From: an uncultured Chloroflexia bacterium
GTDB taxonomy: Bacteria > Chloroflexota > Limnocylindria > Limnocylindrales > CSP1-4
NCBI GenBank assembly: GCA_963755115.1
Contig: CAVWIK010000002.1
Location: 1,732,656 to 1,796,655, forward strand
Direction of reading: 5' to 3'
DNA length: 64,000 nt
Position numbers and translations under genes: made by a program. Positions 49,205-59,493 of this stretch are shown here, piece by piece (position 1 is the stretch's first letter; each line of letters begins with the position of its first letter). A model generated the notes under the pieces. The model worked only from the letters and a program-made list of their open reading frames with translations. It was not told the DNA's origin and ran no database searches.

Positions 49205-49433
49205 GTGCGACAGTCCAAGTTCGCGCGTCGCTTGAAGGCCAATGTGAAACGTCTCCGTGACAGCATGTGTCTATCCCGCCGGCTTTGTTAGGAATGATGG
49301 GATCTCCGCCACGCCCCGGTTCCGTCCGTGACGGCGGTTTCGCGGCTCGTTCGTCCCTCGGAGGACAGATAGACCGTAGAGCTGTCGCGTGTAGGCATCC
49401 GTAACAGACCAGCTGGTTCAGGCCATCGAAGGG
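49205..49433 (+). pseudogene. remnant of an XRE-family helix-turn-helix gene (multiple stops and frame breaks)
   Basis: GTG 49205 gives VRQSKFARRLKANVKRLRDSM.LS, which is typical of an XRE N-terminus. Continuations such as GISATP and TVELSR.GI are only recoverable by frame hopping. Lower-GC region. Confidence 0.35.
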
Positions 49434-49561
49434 TTGGCCGTCGCGTTCCGAACTGTCTTGTCTCGACCCGAGCTTGGACGACTTGGAGTTACCGCGAGGA
49501 ATGTCGACACGATCCAACTGAGCCAAACCGATGGATTGCGTCCAGCCCCTCGACACGGAGC

Positions 49562-50697
49562 ATGCATCCCCGACTCCGGTCCGCCTTGGAAGAGTCGGCC
49601 GAATGGTCGTCGGCCGTGGATGCGCTGAAGGCTGACCCCGCCACGTGTCGCGTAACGGACCAACTCGTCGGTGATGACCAGGGCTCGATGCTTCTCCAGT
49701 CCGTGGCCCTGCTTGATCAGTCTCTCACCGTGCGGTTTGCACCACGAGGTGGAAGGCGTCGAGTCGAGCGCCTCGCAGCCAGTTGGCGTGCGCATTACAG
49801 CGGCGCGCACGTCACGGTCGCTACCAATTCCTTGTTACATGGTCTGGATCCGTGTCGACCAATCAAGCTATCTCCACACGTGACTCTGCGGCGAATGAGC
49901 GACGCCGAAGTCTCAGAGGCTCTGTCCCTCGTGGCAATTTCTCAGCAGCCTCGATTTGTTGGCGTTGCTTTTCTGGATCGTCCAGCCACAATCGCAATCA
50001 CCCAACGAGTGCCGCGACGTATCGTCGTTGACGTTCACGAGCCCGTAGCAGCGCAGAGACACTTTGAGAAGGTCGACCAAACGGTCGAGGCGACGGTAAC
50101 CGCCCTCCGGCTTGTCGGACTTTCGTCGTTTCGTGTGTTTTCACGGATTCGCCAAATGGGGTTCGTGGGTGTCGTGTGGTCGTGAACACCGTTTCAGTAC
50201 CCGATGGGCGTCATGATCGGATTGAGCAATTCGAACCGTCGAACTCTGAGCGTCCGATTCCCCTCAGGTCATGCGTGCCTTTGATGTCGAGGACAACGTT
50301 CTCATCGCTCTCCGTCGATTTAATCAGTCGCATGAGCCACGACACGAGCATGACCGCTTCCTGGACCTGTGGATCGCCATGGAGGCACTGTTCTCGGCGG
50401 ACGCCAACGCGGATGTCACCTATCGCCTGTCGGTCAACGCCGCGAACTATGTGAGGTTGCCGTGTATCGAGCGTTTGGCCATGTTCGACTGGGTTCGTAA
50501 GTGCTATGAGGCACGTAGCCGATTGGTCCACGGGGGAAGCCGAATGTCCGTCGTCTTCGTCTCGACTCTCGGGTGACCCTGTTGAGAGCCTCAACCAGAT
50601 AGCCGACGACCTGACCTCAGTAGTTGCTTCAGCCCGCAAACGTCGCCTCTCCGAAGGACGGACGCCTGAGTGTGTCGCCTATTCAGTTCGACGATGA
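49562..50697 (+). pseudogene. HEPN-motif protein (Apea/MAE_28990-like C-terminal domain) with an unknown ~200-aa N-terminal domain, about 3 frame breaks
   Basis: ORFs 49562-50185, 50176-50454, 50271-50576 and 50506-50697 chain together. The C-terminal part reads FLDLWIAMEALF...YRLSVNAANY...YEARSRLVHGG, which contains the R-x4-H HEPN motif. The last break is in the G-run cacggggga. Confidence 0.45.
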
Positions 50698-51036
50698 TGG
50701 CCCCGTTTGCTGTGTACGCTCGCACGGATCGGTACAAGCGAGTTGCCTGGCGTCGTCAGTGAAGCCGCATGAAATCGGTCACGCGAAGTCCCAGAACTGT
50801 GGGAACCGCAATCGACGACCTCTTCCAGGGAATTGCAGGACCTGTTCAGTCGTCGCAAAATCTGCCCGGCCGAATCAGCGCGCGATAGTCCTGCCGCGCA
50901 ACGTATGATGCGCGTCCCGCGTCACAGTCCCGCCGGCCGAGTCGGCCGTGCGCGTGACAGATTCGCGTCTACGAGCGAAGATGTCGAACCTGTCAGGGAC
51001 GAAGCCCGGCGCTGGCCCAGCGCGCATGAGCATCCA

Positions 51037-53155
51037 ATGACCGACCTGCCCAACTCCACACCCGACGGCGAGACGCCTGCCGGCGACCCCGAGCTCGCGG
51101 CGCTCGTCCGGAGCGACGCACCGCCGCCCGCCGGCGACCCCGAGCTCGCGGCGCTCGTCCGACCCGACGCGGGACCCACCGCCGGCGATATCACGCCCGA
51201 GGCCGGACCGGATGCCACCGAGCCCGTCGTCGATGTCGCCGCAGCAGCGGCGGTCTCGAGCTCGCCCGATCCCGCCGAGCCGGCCCCGGTGGACGAGACC
51301 GTGCCGGTCCTGGTCCCCGTGGCCGCCGTGACCGCCTTCGAGCCGCCGGCACGGCCGCGGCGCCGACGGTCGCTCGCCCTCCGCTTCGGCGTCTCGTTCC
51401 TCCTCGCCTTCCTGCTCGCCTTCGGCGTCGGCGCCGGCGTCCTGTACGCATGGGGACAGCAGTACCAGGGCCGGGTCCTGCCCGGCGTCCGCGTCGGGAA
51501 CACGGAACTCGGCGGGCTCAGCCGCGAGGAGGCGGAGGCGCAGATCGCGAACGCCTACGGATCGCTCGGTACCGGGCAGATCACGCTCACCGGCCCGGAC
51601 GGCCAGGTGACGGCCATCAGCTACGCCGACGTCGGGCGCGGCCCCGACACCTCAGCGCTGATCGACGCGGCGATCGCCGCGGGCCACCAGGGCGAGCCCC
51701 TCGCGGACCTCATCGGCGCACCCCAGACCGCGATCCACGGCGTGACCATCGACCCCGCCGTCGCCTACGACCGCGACAAGCTGGCCGCCGCCGTCAAGAC
51801 CCTCGCCATGACGACCGACCAGACCCCCACCGACGCCTTCGTGTCGACCGCCGAAGGGGGGACACACAGCGTCTCCCCAGCGAAGGACGGTCGCGCCGTC
51901 GACCAGGCGGCCCTGGTGGCCGCGCTCGACCAGCAGCTCGCGGCGCTCGGCACGCCGGCGTCGATCGCGATGTCCGTGCCGATGGTGACGTTGGCACCCG
52001 CCGTCGCGACCACCTCGGCCGAGGAGGCGAAGGCGGCCGCGGATCGGATGGCCGCCGACGTGGTGGTCTCCCGCGGCAAGCACAGCTGGACGGTCGCCGG
52101 CAAGAAGCCTCGCGCGGCTGATCTCGTTCTCGACCGCGGCCGACGGGAGCATCACCCCGGTCCTGGATGAGTCGGGCCTCGACCCGATCGTCAAGAAGCT
52201 GGCCAAGCAGGTCAACCAGAAGGTGAAGGACGCGGGCCTCAAGCGGATCGGCGGCCGCATCGTCGCCACCGGGACCAGCCGCGAGGGCCGCACGCTCATC
52301 GCAGACGGCATGAAGGCCGCGCTCATCAGCGAGATCGGTGCCCGCCAGGCGGGCGCGGCGGCATCGCCGGTCGCGGCCGTCGTCAAGGCCGTGGACCCGA
52401 AGCTGACCACGGCGGACGCCAAGGCGTTCGCCCCGAAGATGCGGGTCATCAGCAAGTACAGCGTCTTCTACTTGGTCATCGTCAACAACCACTGGGGCGG
52501 GAACATCGAGGCGCCGGCCACGAAGATCAACGGCACGGTCGTGCCGCCAGGCGGGAAGTTCGACTTCTGGAAAGTCGTCGGCGACCTGCACAAAGCCCCC
52601 GGCGAGGGCCGGGCAACGCGATCGAGGGCGGGAAGATCACCGTCACCGGCGCGTTCGGCGGCGGCATCTGCACCACGTCCACGACGCTGTTCAACGCGGC
52701 GTTCCGTGCAGGCATGGTGCCGGTCGCCCGACAGAACCACAACGAGTTCATCCCCGGTATCCGCCGGGCCTCGATGCCACCGTGTGGATCGTCGGCAAGG
52801 CCAAGCAGACCATGAGCTTCAGGAACGACACCAAGTATCCGATCCTGATCCACGGATCATCACCCACGCCGGCAGCAAGCGATGGCTCACGTTCAAGATC
52901 TGGAGCGTCCCGAACCACCGGAACTCCAAGATCAGCAACCTGTCCATCCAGCACGGCCCGCGCGCGAGGAACACGATCGTGAGGGATTCGAGCAAGCCGG
53001 TGGGGTACCGGTTCTTCAACAACGCCCCGGCGGACGGCGCCAAGGTCGCGGTCACCGTGTCGATCTACGACCACGGCAAGCTCCACTGGCGGAAGCGGTA
53101 CTTCTCGAACTACCCAGCGGTGAACGGCGTCACCGTCATCGGCACGAGGCGCTGA
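51037..53155 (+). pseudogene. VanW-family protein with N-terminal TM anchor, at least 4 frame breaks
   Basis: MTDLPNST... is followed by the TM helix LRFGVSFLLAFLLAFGVGAGVLYAW. The VanW core GGGICTTSTTLFNAAFRAGM...ARQNHNEFIP / RYPPGLDATVWIV is recovered by frame hopping at about 52108, 52605, 52755 and 52855. Confidence 0.65.
51079..51180 (+). repeat. 51-bp tandem duplication inside the VanW N-terminal region
   Basis: Copy 1 (51079-51129) and copy 2 (51130-51180) share an identical first 32 nt, gccggcgaccccgagctcgcggcgctcgtccg. The encoded peptides are AGDPELAALVRSDAPPP and AGDPELAALVRPDAGPT. Confidence 0.85.
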
Positions 53156-53185
53156 CGCCGGCCTAGTCTGCCTCGCGGGCCGCGA

Positions 53186-53746
53186 TCAGGCCTCGTCCTC
53201 GGGCGCCTCCATCCGCTCGAGGAGCGCCATCGTCGTCTGCCAGTTGCGGATCGTCATCGACTTGTAGGCCGGCGTCCCCACGATCTTGCCGAGGCGGCTC
53301 TTGGTCCGTTGGGCGCTCAGTCGCTGCGAGTAGATCACGCCGGTTCCCGGCCACACCTCGTCGACGCCGGGCCGCGGGTCGAAGACCTTCATCGCCGTCT
53401 TCGCGTCGATATCGATGAGGAAGACCGCGTCGCTGTGGTACGTCTCCGGATGGTCGCCGAAGCCCTTCGGCCGCTTCCGAACGACGGCGCGGAGCTGGGC
53501 CAGCGTCAGGACCAGCACCGCGATCAGCTCGCTGTCGAGCTTGAACGTCTTGGGCAGCGCGTCCTCGAGCTCGCGCTTGATCGCGGCCGCGGACTGATCG
53601 GAGCTCAGGATCACGTTGCCGCTGGCGATGTACGTGGAGACCTTCGTGTGGCCGTGCGACTCGAGGAGGTCGCGCAGGGCCGCCATCGGCACCTTGTTCT
53701 TGCCGCCGACATTGATCCCGCGCAGGAGGACGAGGTATCGGGTCAT
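53186..53746 (-). CDS. DUF1697-domain protein
   Basis: MTRYLVLLRGINVGGKNKVPMAALRDLLE signature. Intact, 186 aa. Confidence 0.8.
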   Translation of the reverse strand: MTRYLVLLRGINVGGKNKVPMAALRDLLESHGHTKVSTYIASGNVILSSDQSAAAIKRELEDALPKTFKLDSELIAVLVLTLAQLRAVVRKRPKGFGDHPETYHSDAVFLIDIDAKTAMKVFDPRPGVDEVWPGTGVIYSQRLSAQRTKSRLGKIVGTPAYKSMTIRNWQTTMALLERMEAPEDEA

Positions 53747-53900
53747 GGGCGGGAGGATGCCACGACGTCGAGTCTGGATGTTCGCGCAGGCGATCGAACG
53801 TGTCATGGCGTCGCGGATGCCGCCAGCGATCCGCGGGACAATACGCCCCGACGCTTCGCCGTCGGCGTCGAATCGGATCCAGAGGAGGCAAGGAGGCATC

Positions 53901-54563
53901 GTGAAGCTGCTCCTCACGTCCGGGGGCGTGACGAACACGAGCATCGGCGACGCCCTGGTCGACCTGCTGGGCAAGCCGATCGAGGACGCCACGGCGTTGT
54001 GCATCCCAACGGCACAGTGGGGCCACCCGATGTGCGACCCGACGACGGCGCGGGGCTTCGTCACCGGCCTGCCCCGTGGGGTGGTATGAGCTCGATGGCG
54101 TGGAAGTCGCTGGGCCTCCTCGAGCTGACGGCACTGCCCACGATCGGCGCGGAGCGCTGGGTTCCCTGGGTCAGGGAGGCGGACGTCCTGCTCGTGGACG
54201 GCGGCGACGCCACGTACCTGTGCCACTGGATGCGCGAGTCCGGGCTCGCGGACCTCCTGCCGTCGCTGCCCGACACGACCTGGGTGGGGGTGAGTGCCGG
54301 GAGCATGGTGATGACGCCGCGGATCGGCGACTTCTTCGTGGAGTGGCCCTCGGCGCCGGACGACCGGACCCTGGGGATCGTGGATTTCGCGATCTTCCCG
54401 CACCTGGACGTCTTCCCGACGAACACTCTCGCCGACCGCCGAGCGCTGGGCGGCCGACATCGGGAATCCGGGGTACGTGATGGACGACCAAACCGCGATC
54501 CGGGTCGTCGACGGCAGCGTCGACGTCGTTTCCGAGGGGACCTGGAAGCTGCTCGGGGCGTAG
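53901..54563 (+). pseudogene. peptidase S51 / type-1 glutamine-amidotransferase-like (peptidase E family), 2 frame breaks (~54075, ~54440)
   Basis: AGGAGG precedes GTG 53901. The segments are VKLLLTSGGVTNTSIGDALVDLLGKPIEDATALCIPTA, then LLVDGGDATYLCHWMRESGL...WVGVSAGSMVM, then IGNPGYVMDDQTAIRVVDGSVDVVSEGTWKLLGA-stop. Confidence 0.65.
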
Positions 54564-54779
54564 CGGCGCCAGCAGTTCGCCCGCTGTGTCCGGTCGCGAG
54601 ATCGCCGACCAGGCCTTCCTCGCCACGAAGACCGTGAGCCACGTGCTCGAGCGCTTCTATCAGAGCTTGCGATCCATTCCCGGGCCGAGCTCGGCGCCCG
54701 GATGGGGAGGGGGGCCAGCGCGACAGATCGGGGTAACCACCCCTTTCGTCGTGGGGGCCTCGCCGATAGCGTGCCGCGC

Positions 54780-55082
54780 ATGGACCGTCAGAGCGTCGCG
54801 CCACCTCGGAGGCAGACCTTCCTCCTCGAGCGCTACTGGCCAGGCGTCGACGAAGCCGTCGTTCGCACGGTGGTCTCAAGCCTCGAAAACGCCGCGCGCG
54901 AGATGACGGCCGAGGGCACCCCGGTGCACCACGTCGGCTCGGTCCTGATGCCCGTCGACCAGGTCGTGTTCTCGCTGGTCGAGGCGGTCGACGAACAAGC
55001 GGCGCGCCGGTTGAACGAGCGCGCCGACGCACCCCTCGATCGGATCGCGACCGCGATCGCGCTCGGCCTGCCCGACTGTTGA
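54780..55082 (+). CDS. small DUF4242-like protein
   Basis: MDRQSVAPPRRQTFLLERYWPGVDEAVV...HHVGSVLMPVDQVVFSLVEAVDEQAARRLNERADAPLDRI. Layout resembles the SCO4226/DUF4242 family. Confidence 0.5.
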   Translation: MDRQSVAPPRRQTFLLERYWPGVDEAVVRTVVSSLENAAREMTAEGTPVHHVGSVLMPVDQVVFSLVEAVDEQAARRLNERADAPLDRIATAIALGLPDC

Positions 55083-55093
55083 AGGGAGATCCC

Positions 55094-55754
55094 GTGAACC
55101 GTCTCCGTGCTGTCCTGGTGTCCCTGGCTCTCGTCCTCGTCGCATGTGACGCCACGACGGGCGGCACCTCCTCCGGCCCGTCGGAGGCCGCCGGGGGCGT
55201 CGCTGCGCCGGTCGCCGTCTCCAGCCTGACCGCGACCGACACACCCGAGACGACCGCGCCGACGAGCGCGCCGAGCCCCACTCCGAGCCAGAGCGACGTG
55301 CCCGTCGTCGGGGCGTCGGCCAGCCCCGGCCCGTCAGCAAGCCCCGCCTCGATCGACCCGTGCACCCTGCTGACCGCCGCCGAAGCCTCGAAGATCATCG
55401 GCATCAAGGTGAGCGCCGGCGTCAGCGAATTCGCTGATCCGGATCGGGTCTGTACGTTCAAGGGGCGGCCTGACCGAGGTGAAGGTGTTCCTGCGCCGCC
55501 GGCCGCCGGACGCCAGACCGCGCCAAGGCTACTGGGATGCGGAACGCGCCGAGGTGCCGGCCGACATCCCCGTGAAGGACCTGACGGAGTTCGATCGATC
55601 GGCCTACGGGACCGGGTGCCTCCGTCGGACTGCCCATCAGCGCGCTGTTCGTCCTCGACGGCAGGTACTTCTTCGAGGTCTACTGCGGGTACCCGGCCTG
55701 CTCACAGAAGGCCAGCCTGGGCGCTGCGGACCACATCGCCGGCCGTCTCCCTGA
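55094..55754 (+). pseudogene. putative lipoprotein (DUF3558-like layout), at least 2 frame breaks; 3' end uncertain
   Basis: GTG 55094 gives VNRLRAVLVSLALVLVAC (lipobox), a P/S/T linker and IDPCTLLTAAEASKIIG...DRVCTFKG. It continues as GLTEVKVFL...YWDAERAEVPADIPVKDLTEFDRSAYGTG in ORF 55479-55754. Confidence 0.45.
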
Positions 55755-55777
55755 CCGACCCGCGGCAGTCCGCCCCG

Positions 55778-56288
55778 TTATCCCTTCTTCGCTCTCGGTC
55801 CGCCGAACCCCGGGATCGCCGTAGCCTGCTGCATCCACGACGCCAGCTGGCGCTCGTCGATGTCGTCCAGGGAGGCGAGGTCCACGCCGCGCGTCGCCTT
55901 GCCCATCCCGATCGGCGTCACCGGCGGTTCAGGCTGGAGCGAGGTGCCGCGCCCGAACGCGAGCTTGACATGGCCCTCGAAGCCGCCGCACGAGAAGCAC
56001 CAGCCGTCGCCGACGCCATAGAACGCCATGCCCCACTTCACGGCGCGCTGGAGGTCCGGCAGCGTCTCGGCCGCCAGGGCGTCCACGCGCTCGGCGATGG
56101 AGCGTTGCGGCTGCGGCAGGCTGGCTGATGTAGGCGAAGACCGGCTTGTCGCCGACCGCGGCCTTCGCGGGGCTTGCCCTGCCAGTCATGGCGGCCGGCA
56201 GCGTGGTCAGGACGTCGCCTTGCGCGGCCGTCTTAACGGCCTGGCCGGCACCGGCCTTCGGCCCTTGTTCGTCGTCAGGCGACGTCAT
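55778..56288 (-). pseudogene. DUF1801 (YdhG-like) domain protein, frame break near 56120-56130
   Basis: The N-terminal part MTSPDDEQGPKAG...KPVFAYISQ is ORF 55929-56303. It joins to VDALAAETLPDLQRAVKWGMAFYGVGDGWCFSCGGFEGHVKLAF (ORF 55778-56086). Confidence 0.6.
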
Positions 56289-56451
56289 CAATTGATTCCT
56301 CACGACATGTGCTGGGGTGGAGACGGCGTTCGAACGGGTCTGTCACGACGCCCATGGTCCCACACCGGCTCCTCCTGCTCCTGCATTGGCGAGTTCCAGG
56401 CACTGTCGGGAGCAGCATCAGGTGGGTCGCAATCCAGCACACTTCGATGCG

Positions 56452-56943
56452 ATGGAGCCACGCATCGGCATCGCGCACATCGAGGTCACCGCGGCCGACG
56501 GAACGTTCGCAATCGGCCGGGAGGTCTTTCCGGACTTCGACCGGTACGCCCGACTCGGCGTCCACATCCAGTCGGATCAGGTCCGGATCGCGACGCCGCC
56601 ACCGAGCTACGTGGAGGCTGCGTTGACCGCACTGGCGGACGCCTGCCGGGAGCTCGGCGTCCCGCATGCCGACATCGCCTTCGTCGACACGGTTGTCTCG
56701 CCGCCGCGTATTGGGCTTCGCTACGGCTTCAAGGGCGCGTACACCACAGACCGGCCCGAGGTCATCTGGATCTTCGCGAACTGGACGAGTCAGGACGAGC
56801 TGCGGACGGTGGTGCGCCATGAGGCGGCGCATCTCGCGTTCGCGCGCACCCACACGGCCGAGGAGTCGGCCGGCCACACGGGACCCTCTGAAGACTTCGC
56901 GCTGGCCTTCGAGAACGCTTCCTCGGCGCCTCGACCGGAGTAG
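56452..56943 (+). CDS. hypothetical protein with HExxH motif (putative zinc metallopeptidase-like)
   Basis: Starts MEPRIGIAHIEV and contains VVRHEAAHLAF. No family recognised. Locally lower G+C. The start is uncertain (alternative 56317). Confidence 0.4.
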   Translation: MEPRIGIAHIEVTAADGTFAIGREVFPDFDRYARLGVHIQSDQVRIATPPPSYVEAALTALADACRELGVPHADIAFVDTVVSPPRIGLRYGFKGAYTTDRPEVIWIFANWTSQDELRTVVRHEAAHLAFARTHTAEESAGHTGPSEDFALAFENASSAPRPE

Positions 56944-56964
56944 GCCCAAGGATACGAGGTGGCG

Positions 56965-57979
56965 TCAGACGTGTGGCGCGACACCCTCGGCGAGTTGCTG
57001 CATCACCTCGACCTGCGCCTCGTATTCGAGCATCGGCAGGTGGCTGCGCGCCACGAACTCGACCGGACCGGCGCCTGACGCCTGACCTCGAGCAGCGCCT
57101 CGACGAGCTCGTCGGGCGTGCCGGCGTGCGCGGTCCGGCGCGCCAGGAGCTTCTCGTCCTCGCCTTCGAACGGGGGAGGGGAGGCCGGCGGGAGCGACCG
57201 CGTCGCCGAGGCCTCCATGTCCGAGTATTTCCAGTTCAGCGCCCAGACGGCATCGCGGTAGCGGGCGAGCGCATCGGCGCGAGACGCGCCGGGCAGCAGG
57301 ATCGAGTAGTGGACGAACCGGAACGTCGAGGGGATCGCGACCGGCCTGCTCGAGCTCATCGAGCACCCAGCCGACCTGCTCCGAACTCGTCCGCCGGCGC
57401 ATTCGAGAAGATGCCATCCGCGAGGCGAGCCGCGCGGCGGAGGGCCGGCTCGGCGCCCCCGCCGATAAGGATCGGGATCCGGGTCGATGGCGTGGGACGC
57501 ACCGCGAGGGTCGGGAGCTGGTGCACGGAGCCCTCGAACGTGAACGGCTCACCGCTCCATGCCTGCGGGAGGATCCGGAGGGTCTCCTCCATCGCCGCGC
57601 CGCGACGCCGCATGTCGGCGCCGAGCCCGGCGTACTCGACCTCCGACCACCCGAGCCCGAGTCCGAGCGCGAGCCGCCCGTGGCTCAGGAGCTGGACCGT
57701 CGCCGCGTCCTCCGCCAGGCGCAGCGGGTGATGCATCGGCGCGAGGACGACGCCGGTGCCGATCTCGATCCGTGACGTCGCCTGAGCGAGGGCTGCGCTG
57801 ACCACGAGGAGCGAGGGCATGTAGCCGTCGTCGACGAAGTGATGCTCCGTCGTCCAGACCGAGCTGAAGCCGAGCCGCTCAGCCTGGACAGCCAGGCGCA
57901 CCGTGTCGTCATACGCACGCGTCCAGTCCGTCTCGCCAGGCCGAAGCTGGGCGCTGAGGAGTCCGAAGCCGAGGGTCAT
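56965..57979 (-). pseudogene. LLM-class flavin/F420-dependent oxidoreductase, about 3 frame breaks
   Basis: [11 protein letters not shown]...[13 protein letters not shown]...[14 protein letters not shown] is ORF 57356-57979. It continues through ORF 57003-57359 (FRFVHYSILLPG...) and ORF 56965-57552 (...PVEFVARSHLPMLEYEAQVEVMQQLAEGVAPHV). Confidence 0.65.
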
Positions 57980-58036
57980 GCCGGAGAGGCTACCTCAGTC
58001 ACCCGGCTCAGCGGCGGACGGGCGCGCTTTTCGCCC

Positions 58037-59003
58037 CTACGGCTTCGGGTGGTCGACCAGGAAGTCCATCACGGCATCTGGAAACGCCTCCGAGACGCAG
58101 GGACGTGGCCGCCGTCGGGTCGTCCAGAGCTGGACGGCCGCGCCTGACTCGCAGCCTGACCATTCCCGACCGACGACTCGGCCGGATCGTCCCCGTCTGC
58201 TCGGTCCGCGTCAACATCGACCTTGTCGGTCAGCGTGGACGATGTCCCGTCGCACCCGTTGTATGTCGCCCATGTCTCGGCCGTCGTTTCTGCACCGGGG
58301 TAGGTGACTGCGATCGTGCCACCTTCATAGAGAATGGTGTCGTCGGCCGTCCGTGGATCTGCGACGACGGAACGGGCTCGCTCGGGGCGCAGTCCGTCGG
58401 GTCCGCATAGGTTGCGCCGGCCAGGCTGACAATGGCCGCGACAGGTCGGCCTGTTCGCAGGCCATCCGATACGACATGAAGCCGCCGTTGGAGTGCCCGA
58501 CGAAAGCGATCCGCTTCGGGTCGATGGCAAGCTCCGCCTGGGTCTCGTCGATGACGTCCGTGAGGTAGGCCACGTCGTCGACGTCGGCCCCAGAGAAATT
58601 GCAGCAGGCATCGGTGGCGTTCCAGAACCGGTTGCCGTCCTTGTCCAACGTCCCATCGGGATAGGCGTAGACGAAACCTCGTGCTTCGGCCGCGGGACCC
58701 AGGTTCAAGTACGTCTCGATCCTCGCCTGAACTGGTGAAGCCATGCAGCAGGATCAGCAACGGGGCGGGCTGGTGTGCGTCGTACGAAGCCGGGATGTGA
58801 ACGGTGACGGGTCGGTCGCCACCGACGACGAGGTCCGCCTGGGGAGTGGCGATCTCGGCCGGCTTGGACGGCGATCGTGGTGCCGTCGTCGGCGAGGGGG
58901 CCAATGACCCGCCCGCGCAGGCTCCGGCGATCAGGCTGACGATGGCCGTGAACGCGAGCCGGCGGAGCGCGTGCCTCGGAGCCGGGTCCTGCGGCCTACC
59001 CAT
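58037..59003 (-). pseudogene. secreted PHB-depolymerase-family esterase (LpqC-like), at least 4 frame breaks
   Basis: GAGGAGG precedes ATG 59003, followed by the lipobox-like LIAGAC. Segments PLLILLHGFTSSG, FVYAYPDG...FWNATDACC, IAFVGHSNGGFMSY, VAAIVSLAG and ILYEGGTIAVTYPG...FLVDHPKP-stop are spread over three frames. Confidence 0.65.
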
Positions 59004-59493
59004 CGACTCGAGCCTCCTCGCTCACCTGCGCTCGACGACCGCTGCCCGAGACGATAGCGCGAGCGCGCAGACGCACTTGGGCGCGGGCGCGAGCTCCGGG
59101 CCTCGAGGCAGCACGAGGCTTTGCGCCGACCGTCGAGTTCCGGGGTCGGTATCGGGGTGGATGGGCGTATCGATCCGGCTCCTGCAGTCGGCCGAGCTCG
59201 ACGTCGCGTTCGGCGGCGCCGACTGGCGAGGCAGGGGAGGGGATGGCGACATCGAGCGCGAGGGTCATATGGTTCAGGCTCAGCGTCCATCGGTCCTGTG
59301 CTTCCCTCTGGGTGCAGCGGGAGGCGCCGCGGCCACGCTAGACCCGAGCTTCGACATACGGGATGTATTTCGAAGCGCCTGCAAGTCTCGCATCGCTATC
59401 CGGCGCTCGTTCGTGAAGCCTTGACGATCGTCAGCGACAGGTTGAAGTAACCTCGTTCTCTGAAACGGCATGTTTCCTACCAGGAGGCGAGCA

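Noticed and set aside
53186-54781. 531-aa ORF on the minus strand
   Set aside because: Only the C-terminal 186 aa (DUF1697, from ATG 53746) show a protein signature. The remainder is antisense to the S51 peptidase pseudogene.
58996-59268. 90-aa minus-strand ORF (MTLALDVAIPSPASPVGAAERDVELGRLQEPDRY...) upstream of the esterase
   Set aside because: There is no recognisable domain, and the sequence becomes Arg/Ala-rich filler that runs into the esterase Shine-Dalgarno. It may be noise or a broken gene. I note only that its ATG abuts the left copy of the ATGGTTCAG repeat.
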